DNA of 64,000 nucleotides from positions 55,712 through 119,711 of IMG/VR virus record IMGVR_UViG_3300044630_002434; one strand, written 5' to 3'. Under the pieces are notes generated by a model. The model saw only the letters and a program-made list of their open reading frames with translations, made no database searches and was not told where the DNA came from. Source of the DNA: a virus. Position 1 is the stretch's first letter. The number at the start of each line of letters is the position of its first letter. The position numbers and the translations under genes were made by a program. This document shows positions 18,853 through 27,913 of the stretch, piece after piece.

Positions 18853-19082
18853 TGAAAGCCATACTAATATGGATTAAAGATGCCTTCATTGAATCACTAA
18901 ACCAAACATGGACTCTATTAGGTATGTTTATCGCTTGGTGCGTTCTTGAAGGAAGTGCAAAAACCGTTGTAGGTTATGCAATAACACTGTCACTAGCAAT
19001 CTGGTTGCTTACAATTAAATTAAGAGGTCCGCTTGACCTTGAGATTGTGCATAAAGATGAAGACGAAGAAGCCCCCAAATAG
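18852..19082 (+). CDS. small two-TM membrane protein
   Basis: TAATG coupling to the upstream gene; two hydrophobic helices. Confidence 0.75.
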   Translation: MKAILIWIKDAFIESLNQTWTLLGMFIAWCVLEGSAKTVVGYAITLSLAIWLLTIKLRGPLDLEIVHKDEDEEAPK

Positions 19083-19092
19083 GGGGCTTTTT
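19069..19092 (+). terminator. intrinsic terminator
   Basis: AAGCCCCC-AAATA-GGGGGCTT followed by TTT. Confidence 0.8.
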
Positions 19093-19108
19093 CCTTTACA
19101 CGACTAAT

Positions 19109-19146
19109 TTGCGTAGAGGATACAAAGTCTGTACCATAGAGTTATG
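19109..19146 (+). promoter_or_regulatory. leaderless promoter
   Basis: TTGCGT-17-TACCAT-6nt-ATG(19144). Confidence 0.65.
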
Positions 19147-19169
19147 ACACACGCTAAAGACATAAAGAA

Positions 19170-19640
19170 ATGGAGAAAGAAAAAATGAGTGATTTACTCC
19201 TTGAGTACACTGAAAAAATCCTTCCAATCTTACCTTTAGCAAAAAAGGCATATGGTTCTAGGTCACAGAAAAGTGAAGCGCACGATGCAAGTCGCCAATA
19301 TACGGAATTTTTAATTGAATTTCAGTCAAAAGGTGGAAGTCTTCCGCAGTTAGCAAAGAGTTTAAATGTTGCTTATCCAGGTGTAAGACGACGAGTTGTA
19401 ATGAATGATGTTAATTTATCAGCAGTAAAGCCAAAAACTCGTGCTACAAAGCAAGAAAATGTTGAAGCAGTAGAACGTGTAAAAAAGGCAAAAGACATTG
19501 GTGTTGACCAATACCACGACCAACTCGCTAATGAGTATAGAAATGGCGTATCTTTGTCAGTTTTAGCCCGTGAATTGGGTCTTAGTTCCGCCGCACCACT
19601 GTATTATGGAGTACAGAGTAGTTTGAAGCGTAACGTCTAA
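19170..19640 (+). CDS. tandem HTH DNA-binding protein (start 19170 or 19185)
   Basis: Two repeats: GGSLPQLAKSLNV and GVSLSVLARELGL. Confidence 0.75.
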   Translation: MEKEKMSDLLLEYTEKILPILPLAKKAYGSRSQKSEAHDASRQYTEFLIEFQSKGGSLPQLAKSLNVAYPGVRRRVVMNDVNLSAVKPKTRATKQENVEAVERVKKAKDIGVDQYHDQLANEYRNGVSLSVLARELGLSSAAPLYYGVQSSLKRNV

Positions 19641-19651
19641 AACAAAAACTT

Positions 19652-19689
19652 AAGCCCTCATGCTACTCAGCGTGAGGGTTTTGTTTTTT
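19652..19689 (+). terminator. intrinsic terminator
   Basis: AAGCCCTCATGCT-ACTC-AGCGTGAGGGTTT plus T tract. Confidence 0.75.
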
Positions 19690-19698
19690 GGAGGAATA

Positions 19699-21108
19699 AT
19701 GGGTAAGAGTTTAATGGAGCAGATTGCTATGCTCTCCGAGGAAGAACGAAATGCTGTTCTTTCCGATATGGATATGGACTCTCTTATCTGGGACTGGAAG
19801 GCTTGGGGAAGACCAGAGCAACAAACACCAGAAGGAAATTGGAATATCTGGGCATACATCGCTGGTCGTGGTGCAGGTAAGACTAGAACTGCTGCCGAGT
19901 GGGTGCGTGAAGAAGCCAAGCACACAGATAAGGGACAACTACGTTTTGCATTAGTTGCTCGTACTGCTGCGGATGTTCGCGACGTTATTGTTGAAGGTGA
20001 GTCTGGAATTATTAATATTTCACCACCAAGCGAGAAGCCACACTACGAACCGTCTAAGCGTCGTCTAACTTGGTCTAACGGAAACACTGCAACTTGTTTT
20101 ACTGCTGACGAACCAGACTCACTTCGTGGTCCGCAGTTCACTCACGCTTGGGGAGATGAGGTCGCTGCATGGCGACAGACTCCAGACGCTGCTGGTATGA
20201 CTGCATTTGATAACTTACGAGTTGGTACTCGTCTTGGAGACAGACCAAAAATTATGTTGACTACAACACCAAAACGTGTCCCACTTTTATATTCTTTGAT
20301 AGAAGAATCAAAGAAAAGTGAGAGTGTTGTAATTACACGTGGTAGCACTATGGACAATGCAGGTAACTTATCTGGCGCTTACATGGAAGCAATCATGGGA
20401 GTTTATGAAGGCACTCGTCTTGCTTCTCAAGAACTTTACGGCGAGATGCTTGATGATATTGAAGGCGCTCTTTGGACTATTGAAATGATTGAAAGAAACC
20501 GACATGGGTCATTTCCTTTAGGAACACCACTTCGCTGTATCGGTGTTGACCCATCTGTTGCAGAGAATCCACGAGATGAATGTGGAATTGTTGTCTGTGC
20601 CTCTACTGGAGACAGAGATTTATATAAACGTGAAGCATGGGTACTTGAAGATGCATCTGTTTTAGGTTCTCCTGAAGTTTGGGCTAATAAAGTTGTAGAG
20701 ATGGCACGTAAGTGGATGTGCCCAGTTATTGCTGAAGTTAACCAAGGTGGAGCATTAGTACGTAACGCAATCAACGCTATTGACCCCAATGTAAAAGTTT
20801 TAGAAGTTCACTCAAAGCACGGTAAGCAACTTCGTGCCGAGCCTACAGTCCTTGCTTATGAGCAAGGTCGTGTTCATCACATTGGATTCTTAGCAGAACT
20901 AGAAGACCAAATGACTTCGTGGATTCCAGGCGAAGGAAAATCTCCAGACCGCGTAGATGCTTTAGTGCACGCGCTAACAGCGCTACTTATTAAACCACCT
21001 CAAGGTTTTGTAGGCGGAAAAATAACCGCCCACTCCCCTGCTCGTCGAAAGATTGACTTAGGCAGGAGAGGTGGCGGTATGGGTGGTGCTAGGGTTTTTA
21101 AACCTTAG
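19699..21108 (+). CDS. terL: terminase large subunit
   Basis: AGRGAGKT Walker A, LRGPQ, WGDE, TTTP, nuclease GVDP, EVNQGG, SPDRVDA. Confidence 0.95.
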   Translation: MGKSLMEQIAMLSEEERNAVLSDMDMDSLIWDWKAWGRPEQQTPEGNWNIWAYIAGRGAGKTRTAAEWVREEAKHTDKGQLRFALVARTAADVRDVIVEGESGIINISPPSEKPHYEPSKRRLTWSNGNTATCFTADEPDSLRGPQFTHAWGDEVAAWRQTPDAAGMTAFDNLRVGTRLGDRPKIMLTTTPKRVPLLYSLIEESKKSESVVITRGSTMDNAGNLSGAYMEAIMGVYEGTRLASQELYGEMLDDIEGALWTIEMIERNRHGSFPLGTPLRCIGVDPSVAENPRDECGIVVCASTGDRDLYKREAWVLEDASVLGSPEVWANKVVEMARKWMCPVIAEVNQGGALVRNAINAIDPNVKVLEVHSKHGKQLRAEPTVLAYEQGRVHHIGFLAELEDQMTSWIPGEGKSPDRVDALVHALTALLIKPPQGFVGGKITAHSPARRKIDLGRRGGGMGGARVFKP

Positions 21109-21839
21109 ACCAACTTAAATCCGTACTTCTTTGCCATTTCTGACATAGACTTCTTGCCAGGAATGCCATCAGCATCTTTACCGTGGTAGCCCAACTTATG
21201 TTGCCACAACTTGTAGGCTTCTCTAGTCTTCTCATCAAAAATACCGTTAGCAGTAATTTTTGCACCGCATAGGTCTACAAGAGCAGACTGAACAACTTTA
21301 ACATCGTCATTGGTAGCGCCAAATACAAGACCAGACATATGAACAACTTTGTTTGGCTTCTTTGGAGTAGGAGTTACAATTGCAACACCCTTTTTCCAAA
21401 GACCAATCTTTCGCTCAGAAGGAGCATTCTTGTCGATAATTCCAGGCATATCTAAGAATGGATTGCTCACATCGTTACCGTAGCGGAAAGGAGCAACACG
21501 AGTTTCTAGATGAAGATGTGGACCTGTGGAGTTTCCTGTATTCCCGGAAAGCCCTAATTCCGTTCCTTCTTCAACTTTCTGACCTTTTTTCACAGTTGGC
21601 TTTGACATATGGCAGTACCAAATATCTACAGTGCCTTTGTCTGACTTGCAAGTAAGAACTACAACTTTGCCATACGACTTATCGTTAAGAACATCTTTGA
21701 TTGTTCCTGCAGCAACTGCAAACAAAGGAGTACCAACAGGGCAAGCAAAGTCAATACCTGTGTGACGCTTCGCTGAGTAACGTGGGTTAGGGCGACCCCA
21801 AGGCTGGGATACCTTAGGGTTTTTTAGCGGACTAGCCAT
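21105..21839 (-). CDS. endolysin: M23 peptidase plus peptidoglycan-binding domain
   Basis: HTGID, YCHM, GNSTGPHLH; C-terminal ADGIPG. Confidence 0.92.
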   Translation of the reverse strand: MASPLKNPKVSQPWGRPNPRYSAKRHTGIDFACPVGTPLFAVAAGTIKDVLNDKSYGKVVVLTCKSDKGTVDIWYCHMSKPTVKKGQKVEEGTELGLSGNTGNSTGPHLHLETRVAPFRYGNDVSNPFLDMPGIIDKNAPSERKIGLWKKGVAIVTPTPKKPNKVVHMSGLVFGATNDDVKVVQSALVDLCGAKITANGIFDEKTREAYKLWQHKLGYHGKDADGIPGKKSMSEMAKKYGFKLV

Positions 21840-21901
21840 TTTTAAATCCTTTAGTGGTTAGAAAAACAATGTTCTTCTATTTTACCTGAACTAAAGTGTC
21901 C

Positions 21902-24541
21902 CTATCTGGCAAACCTAGTAGCAACTCCCCAGTCAATATCGTTATTACTTACCTGTCTAGGCTTCAAAGAACGACCCATAATTATTGCTTGAGAACCCTG
22001 ACCTACAACTTCTACGTTGCGTTCTAGCATTTTACGCTGGAATGCAGTCTGAGTCATAGGCTTTTCACCGCGTTCTTCAGCCCAAATACGATAAATAACA
22101 TACAAAGACTTAATTGGAGTAGTAGCACCCTCATTCAAAATAGTCTCTTCTTCAAGGAACAATCCAATACGGTCTTCATTCTTTCGGTAGATTTCTGCTG
22201 CTTCAGAAACAACTGAACACCAACCAAGAGCATCGCGAGAACTCGAGCCAAGCATTTTAATCGCACCTTCAACAGCCCACGAAAGAACAGCAGGAAGAGC
22301 ACCCTCAGGGTCAAAGATATATTCCTTTAAGTCTGGGTCAGGGTTCTCAGGTACAAATGTAAATGGAATTGGACGAATACGTCTCCACATTGCATCATCG
22401 TTAATAATTGGACGATGATTTGTAGATATCCAAAGTTTTGCCTGACCCTTAAAAGTAAATGGACGTTCACCAGGGGAGCGAGCAGAAATCTCTTCCGAGC
22501 CAGTTAGTTTTTTAACTGAGTTCTCTTTCAAGCGCTCAGAGTCTGGAAGTTCGTCAACCCACACGAGGCGACGACCACGAAGTTCAGCCCAGTGATATAG
22601 GTCAGAACCTGATGCGTTACCGTCACCACTAGCAAGAATGCTTGAGTCAAATGGCCAGGCATATTGTTGTGTGCCAAGACATTTTACAAGTGCTTCAACA
22701 AAAGTATTTTTACCTGAACCTGCAGGACCATATACAAGAAACATCAAGTCATACTTACTAAGACCAGTCAGCGAGTATCCTGCTGCTCTTTGTAGCCAGT
22801 CTTGGAATTCTTTATCTCCACCAGTTGCAAAGTTTAAGAACTCTTCCCAGCGTATGTTACGAGTCCCCGGAGAATAGGCGACAGGTGCTCTACGAGTTAT
22901 ATATAGGTCTGGTCTATTTTTTAGAAGTTCCCCAGAGCGTAAATCAACGACACCATTTAAGACTCCAAGCATATGAGGATTAGAGTCCCACTGGTCTACT
23001 GCAACTCTAATACGACGGTCAGAGTTACCATTCTCAATTGCAGACTTTAATCTAGCGTTTGATTTAGAGTTTTGCGCCCATTTAATAACGTCTGATTGTT
23101 TATCAGAATCACCGTCATAGTTTTTTACTTCACTAGCAATAACAGGAGCAAGACTTTTTGCAAGTTCTTGCATTTCTAGACCTTCAATGTCTGGTTTCCA
23201 GTATCCACCTTCCCAGTGGAACCAACCAAGACCTTCTGAATAACGAATTGCTTCACCAAATGTATCTACAAATCTACGACCATTTCCTGTATCGGAAAGA
23301 GTACGCATACCAATAATTCCACCATCTTCTTCACTAATGGCATCAGTATCTTTTGGAACATTTAAATTAGAAAGAGAAGATGCTTCAGCAACTGACTCAC
23401 CGTTGTGGATACTTTCGGATATGGCACCAGCAAGAGTTCCCGGCAAAGATTCTGATTCTCCAGAAGAGTTTGATGTTGGTTTAGGATTAAATCTTGCTTG
23501 AGTTTCTTCGGTTGATTTTTTAGCCCAACCATTTTCTACATCACCAATACCCGGCCAAAGCATATTTGATTTAGGGTTATTGGCAATAAAATCAATAGCA
23601 CGACGAACGTGCATAAGTAGACCGCCCTGACCCTCAAGGGCTAGAGGTGGTTTTACTTTTTCAGCATTAAACCGAATCATTAAAGTCTCAAGAGCCTCGC
23701 GACCATGAGGCTTGTCTACAGGATATTCATTAGCAAGAGAGCAGGTTAACTTGTAGATATCTACAGCGCGAGAACCTTCTTCAATTCCATCTTCAAGAAT
23801 TTTACGAATTTCTTCTTTGTTCTTGCCAAAATCAACATCATCAAATGTTGCACTCCAGTCCATAGCCCCAAGAGATGAACTTAAAGACTTTGAAGACGTA
23901 GAACGACGACCACGCTTGCGCAAAAAATTTAAAAGTTCTTCTGGAGCCTGAGCCATTTCAATTTCCCAAGGAGCCTTGCCTTCAACCCACTCATAGTTTT
24001 GACCAGAGAAGTGACGAGATGGAGCAATAAGAACATACCCATTGTGTTTGATATCAATACCCTTGATACCAGCAGATTTTAAGTTTCCAACTAAGTCTTC
24101 AGAAGCATCGCAACGATAAAAAATATGACGACCACGCATAGTTTTTCCGCCAAGCGTATATTCGCCAGTCAATGCTTCAACAGTTGGAGGTAGGTTACCC
24201 TCAACTAATTTTTCAAACTCTTCAAAAGAATCGTGACCACCTGAGCGAGGGTCAATATCAATTGCAAAAAATCCTGAAGGACGACAGAATACACCAATGT
24301 TTGCTTCTGAGTCACGCTCCCACCAGCGTTGAATAACATTTACATCACTAGATGCTTCAGTATGCCATCCGCTAATTGCTGGATGCTTACCTACATCTTT
24401 TGGCTCAGCGTGAGTTTGACTACAAGTACAACGACCGCCAACAATTCCATAGCAAGGAAGAACCTTCCATCCTTGAGAGGCATACCAAGAAGTTGCCTTA
24501 CTAAATCTGCCATCGATGTTTGCTTCATCATGCCGAGACAT
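21902..24541 (-). CDS. bifunctional primase-polymerase fused to D5/P4-like SF3 helicase
   Basis: NIG, IDID, GRHIFY, GYV..APS; D5_N segment DTGNGRRF; GPAGSGKNT, KKLTG, WRRI. Confidence 0.95.
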   Translation of the reverse strand: MSRHDEANIDGRFSKATSWYASQGWKVLPCYGIVGGRCTCSQTHAEPKDVGKHPAISGWHTEASSDVNVIQRWWERDSEANIGVFCRPSGFFAIDIDPRSGGHDSFEEFEKLVEGNLPPTVEALTGEYTLGGKTMRGRHIFYRCDASEDLVGNLKSAGIKGIDIKHNGYVLIAPSRHFSGQNYEWVEGKAPWEIEMAQAPEELLNFLRKRGRRSTSSKSLSSSLGAMDWSATFDDVDFGKNKEEIRKILEDGIEEGSRAVDIYKLTCSLANEYPVDKPHGREALETLMIRFNAEKVKPPLALEGQGGLLMHVRRAIDFIANNPKSNMLWPGIGDVENGWAKKSTEETQARFNPKPTSNSSGESESLPGTLAGAISESIHNGESVAEASSLSNLNVPKDTDAISEEDGGIIGMRTLSDTGNGRRFVDTFGEAIRYSEGLGWFHWEGGYWKPDIEGLEMQELAKSLAPVIASEVKNYDGDSDKQSDVIKWAQNSKSNARLKSAIENGNSDRRIRVAVDQWDSNPHMLGVLNGVVDLRSGELLKNRPDLYITRRAPVAYSPGTRNIRWEEFLNFATGGDKEFQDWLQRAAGYSLTGLSKYDLMFLVYGPAGSGKNTFVEALVKCLGTQQYAWPFDSSILASGDGNASGSDLYHWAELRGRRLVWVDELPDSERLKENSVKKLTGSEEISARSPGERPFTFKGQAKLWISTNHRPIINDDAMWRRIRPIPFTFVPENPDPDLKEYIFDPEGALPAVLSWAVEGAIKMLGSSSRDALGWCSVVSEAAEIYRKNEDRIGLFLEEETILNEGATTPIKSLYVIYRIWAEERGEKPMTQTAFQRKMLERNVEVVGQGSQAIIMGRSLKPRQVSNNDIDWGVATRFAR

Positions 24542-24745
24542 AAGTCACCTCGGAAAGTAAACTAGGCAGAAATCCCTGTGTCATTTAGTCGTTTTCTCCT
24601 TTCAAGGACGTTTGCGCGTCGTAAGAAGACTATACCTTAGTCCAAGCAAAAAGCAATAGAGCCACCTTAAAATAGTAAGGTTTATGCTATAGTAGTCATA
24701 CGCGCTGTGAGCGAGTCTACAGTATACACCTTGAAAGGTGACACC

Positions 24746-25069
24746 GTGTCATTATTCTCCCAGTTTGTGATGTTTGTTGGCGGGGCAGTAACCATCACAG
24801 GCGCTTTATATGCCATATATAAAATTGCTAAAAGATTAGAAGATGCCATTGGAACTGACGCAAAAGGCAGAACCCTTTCTGAACGCTTAGATAGAGTAGA
24901 GCATCAACTATGGGAGAACGGTGGCTCGTCCTTAGCAGACAGAGTAAATACTATTGAGATGCATAGCATAAAAACATCAACTGAGATACAGTTTATAAAA
25001 GAACTTATTATAAGTAATTCAACTCCAGTTGTTGCTGTTAAAAAGCCTAGAACAAGAAAAACAGCATAG
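24746..25069 (+). CDS. single-TM membrane protein with coiled coil (NGGSSLAD motif)
   Basis: GAAAGGTG then GTG; motif common in actinophage lysis-region proteins. Confidence 0.7.
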   Translation: MSLFSQFVMFVGGAVTITGALYAIYKIAKRLEDAIGTDAKGRTLSERLDRVEHQLWENGGSSLADRVNTIEMHSIKTSTEIQFIKELIISNSTPVVAVKKPRTRKTA

Positions 25070-25200
25070 TTTTCTAACACTTTTATATATATTATATAGT
25101 GTTCCGACACACCAGTAACACAAGTCACACAAATTGTAATTATTTCTGTTAAAGTTCTTATATGTCTAGTCACAAGACTTAACAACAAGAAGGACTGGTA

Positions 25201-25491
25201 ATGGGAAAACTAGCAGAAAAAGTTTCAGAACTTTCAGCACCTCAGTTTGGACTCCCTTGCGGGGTCTCAAAATTAATGACAGCACTTGACGAAGACGATA
25301 AAAATACTTTACAACTTATTCTTTTTCCTAAAAGTGAAAAAGTTAAACGATTTTCTAATCGTCAAATTTATGAATTACTTTTATCTGAAAACCACGACGT
25401 AGCGCAGTCTTCTATTGCACTACATAGGCGTAAACAATGCCGATGCTTCACAGGAATAAATGCCCGTATAGAAGCATTAGGTGACAAATAA
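25201..25491 (+). CDS. hypothetical Zn-binding/HTH protein
   Basis: CGV...HRRKQCRC; coupled to the next gene. Confidence 0.7.
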   Translation: MGKLAEKVSELSAPQFGLPCGVSKLMTALDEDDKNTLQLILFPKSEKVKRFSNRQIYELLLSENHDVAQSSIALHRRKQCRCFTGINARIEALGDK

Positions 25492-26699
25492 TGTCCGAAA
25501 GTTTTTCAAAAAAAGTATTAGAAGAGTTGTCATCACCTGGTCAAACAGGCTCTGATAAACGCAAGCAAGAGACTTCAGAAGCGTGGAAGCCACGTATGGA
25601 TATTGACCATAAGACTGGTGGATTTGTTGTTAGTACACCCAGACCAGCAGGTAATACTGCTGATGCAGATGCAATTCTACGAGACTTTGATTTAGACCCC
25701 TCAGCATGGCGCGTAACAAGCGTAAGACAGAGCAAGTGGCAGTCCGCCACTGGAGAATGGCTTGAGTCTTATCGTGTATCAGTGGTACCAGCAGACTTAC
25801 TAGAAGAAGAATTAGAAGACGCTGAGCAACTTATTGAAGAAATTAAAAAATGGAAACCAGTAAAAGTAGCCAAAAAAGCAACTGGCAGTGGCGCATATGT
25901 TGTAGTACCAAGCGACCAGCAAATTGGTAAAAAAGCAAATGGTCAAGGTACTGCAGAATCAATCCAAAGAATTCTAGACCTAACAGATGGAGCACTTGTT
26001 AGATACAAGGAACTTTTAAAGTTAGGTCGTCCTTTAGGTACCGTTGCATTTTTGCTTGCAGGTGACCATGTTGAAGGAAATGTTTCTCAGAACGGTCGTT
26101 TACAAAGTCCTGCAGCGTCAGACCTTGGACAGACAGAGCAGACTCGTGTTGCCCGTCGTCTTTTAATGAAACAGATTAAGACTTTTGCGCCACACTGCGA
26201 AGAACTTATTATTGCCGTAGTAAATGGAAACCACGATGAAGTTACACGACAAGTTGTAGCAGACCCGTCAGATGGTTGGAACGTAGAAATTGCATCTGCA
26301 GTTCAAGATGCTTGCGCAGAAAATCCAGCACTGTCTCACGTTAAGTTCCGTTACCCAGAAAAAGACCATCAAACTCTTACGGTAGATGTTTGCGGAACTC
26401 TTATTGGATTGTTTCACGGTCATCAGTGCGGTAAAGATGTAGTTAAGTATTTATCTGGTCAAGCAGCAGGACAGACTGCACTCGGTGGAGCAGATATGTG
26501 GGTGTCTGGACACTACCATCATTTCAAGGCTCTTGACGTTGGTTCGCGCCTGTGGTTACAGGCTCCTACAACTGACCCTGGTTCTCCTTGGTGGCGCGAC
26601 CGTTCAGGTTTAGAGAGTAAGCCAGGCTTGTTGACATTCACAGTTGGTGAAGATTTAGACCCACGCGGAGATATCAGCGTGATTCAGACAAAACTATAA
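25491..26699 (+). CDS. calcineurin-like metallophosphoesterase
   Basis: SDQQIG, GDHVEG, GNHD, HGH, GHYH. Confidence 0.88.
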   Translation: MSESFSKKVLEELSSPGQTGSDKRKQETSEAWKPRMDIDHKTGGFVVSTPRPAGNTADADAILRDFDLDPSAWRVTSVRQSKWQSATGEWLESYRVSVVPADLLEEELEDAEQLIEEIKKWKPVKVAKKATGSGAYVVVPSDQQIGKKANGQGTAESIQRILDLTDGALVRYKELLKLGRPLGTVAFLLAGDHVEGNVSQNGRLQSPAASDLGQTEQTRVARRLLMKQIKTFAPHCEELIIAVVNGNHDEVTRQVVADPSDGWNVEIASAVQDACAENPALSHVKFRYPEKDHQTLTVDVCGTLIGLFHGHQCGKDVVKYLSGQAAGQTALGGADMWVSGHYHHFKALDVGSRLWLQAPTTDPGSPWWRDRSGLESKPGLLTFTVGEDLDPRGDISVIQTKL

Positions 26700-26710
26700 A
26701 TAAAAATTAG

Positions 26711-27199
26711 TTAGGGCTTCTTTCGGGAAGCCCTTTCTTTTTTCTTATTTTCTCTATCTGCTTGATAAGCCTCTACAGCATTTGCGCTAGAACGTCCACG
26801 CCAAGCAAAACCACATTCGGTACAAGTAACTACTTTCGCACGAGTCCAGCGTCCACCAGGTGGAAGTTTTTCAATAGATGTCGACAACTTACTAGGACGG
26901 GCAGTGCAGTATGGACAGTTTGGCGGACGGTTACGCTTACGCTCTTCACCGTTGTAAGCGACAGAGAGCGCCCTACGAAGTTCAATTTCGTCTTTGCCTC
27001 CCCAGATACCCCAAATCTCTCTGTGCTCCAGTGCCCACTGTAGGCAGTCTTTCCGAGCAGGACAAGAGAAGCATAAATTTTTTGCTTCATTTCTTTCCTC
27101 TGAGTCCTTTGAATGGAACCAAGTCATATACTTTTTATTCTCTGGCTTTGCGCATAGAGCATCGCGTTGCCAGTTAAGACTAATAGCAGGTTTCCACAT
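26711..27199 (-). CDS. whiB: WhiB-family Fe-S regulator with C-terminal zinc ribbon
   Basis: C...AK.LCFSCP.RKDC, GIWGG; extra CPYC...CTEC. Confidence 0.9.
   Translation of the reverse strand: MWKPAISLNWQRDALCAKPENKKYMTWFHSKDSEERNEAKNLCFSCPARKDCLQWALEHREIWGIWGGKDEIELRRALSVAYNGEERKRNRPPNCPYCTARPSKLSTSIEKLPPGGRWTRAKVVTCTECGFAWRGRSSANAVEAYQADRENKKKERASRKKP
26714..26743 (+). terminator. intrinsic terminator with UUCG loop
   Basis: GGGCTTCT-TTCG-GGAAGCCC plus T tract. Confidence 0.8.
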
Positions 27200-27246
27200 A
27201 GAACACAATTATATTAAAATATATAGAAAAACAGCAGGCAGACACG

Positions 27247-27582
27247 CTAGAAATCTACTAAAGTTACCCTTTTTATCTCTTCTACTAAATCCCCATATTC
27301 CGTGTAACCTTCTGAATCGCAAATACTAAACTCGGAGTCAGTGTCGGTAACTCCAGCATACGTATGTGTAACAGATGCTTTTGAAAGCATATTAAAACCA
27401 TCAAGTAGCGAGTCAGCAATTCCGTCTCTTTGAAGACAAGATGCTAAAGCCCTTAATACAACATCTTCATCTAAAGAAACATGGTCAATAGTGTAAAAAA
27501 CCATACTATTTGGGCGAAATTCGTCATACCCTAAGCCGTACCACTCTTCCCAGAGGGATTGACCAACTCTAGAATCCTTCAT
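27247..27582 (-). CDS. hypothetical protein
   Basis: ORF in co-directional array. Confidence 0.65.
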   Translation of the reverse strand: MKDSRVGQSLWEEWYGLGYDEFRPNSMVFYTIDHVSLDEDVVLRALASCLQRDGIADSLLDGFNMLSKASVTHTYAGVTDTDSEFSICDSEGYTEYGDLVEEIKRVTLVDF

Positions 27583-27880
27583 CAAAAGCCTCGTCATCAT
27601 CTCCAAGAGACATAACAAAATTGCTTTCTAATTCATCGTCTTCTAAAAAGTAAACTTCTTTAGGATTCATCATTTGAAATATTCCAGCAACAGTAATTGA
27701 ACCACACATACAGCAGGTCTCTACTGATTCAGTGTTTACTTTTTCGGGAACATCAACACTGATTAGTTTCATTAAAATTTGACCCTCTTCGTTCATGCTT
27801 TCTGGTTCCCAGAGGATGTGGTCATCTAAATAACATAGTTCACATAACGCCATTGGTCTAAGGGCTTGTTCTGCTGACAT
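27569..27880 (-). CDS. hypothetical Zn-binding protein
   Basis: CELC...CCMC; GGAGG upstream. Confidence 0.7.
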   Translation of the reverse strand: MSAEQALRPMALCELCYLDDHILWEPESMNEEGQILMKLISVDVPEKVNTESVETCCMCGSITVAGIFQMMNPKEVYFLEDDELESNFVMSLGDDDEAFDEGF

Positions 27881-27913
27881 CTCTAGGACCTCCTGAGGAC
27901 TATGTGAAACAGT

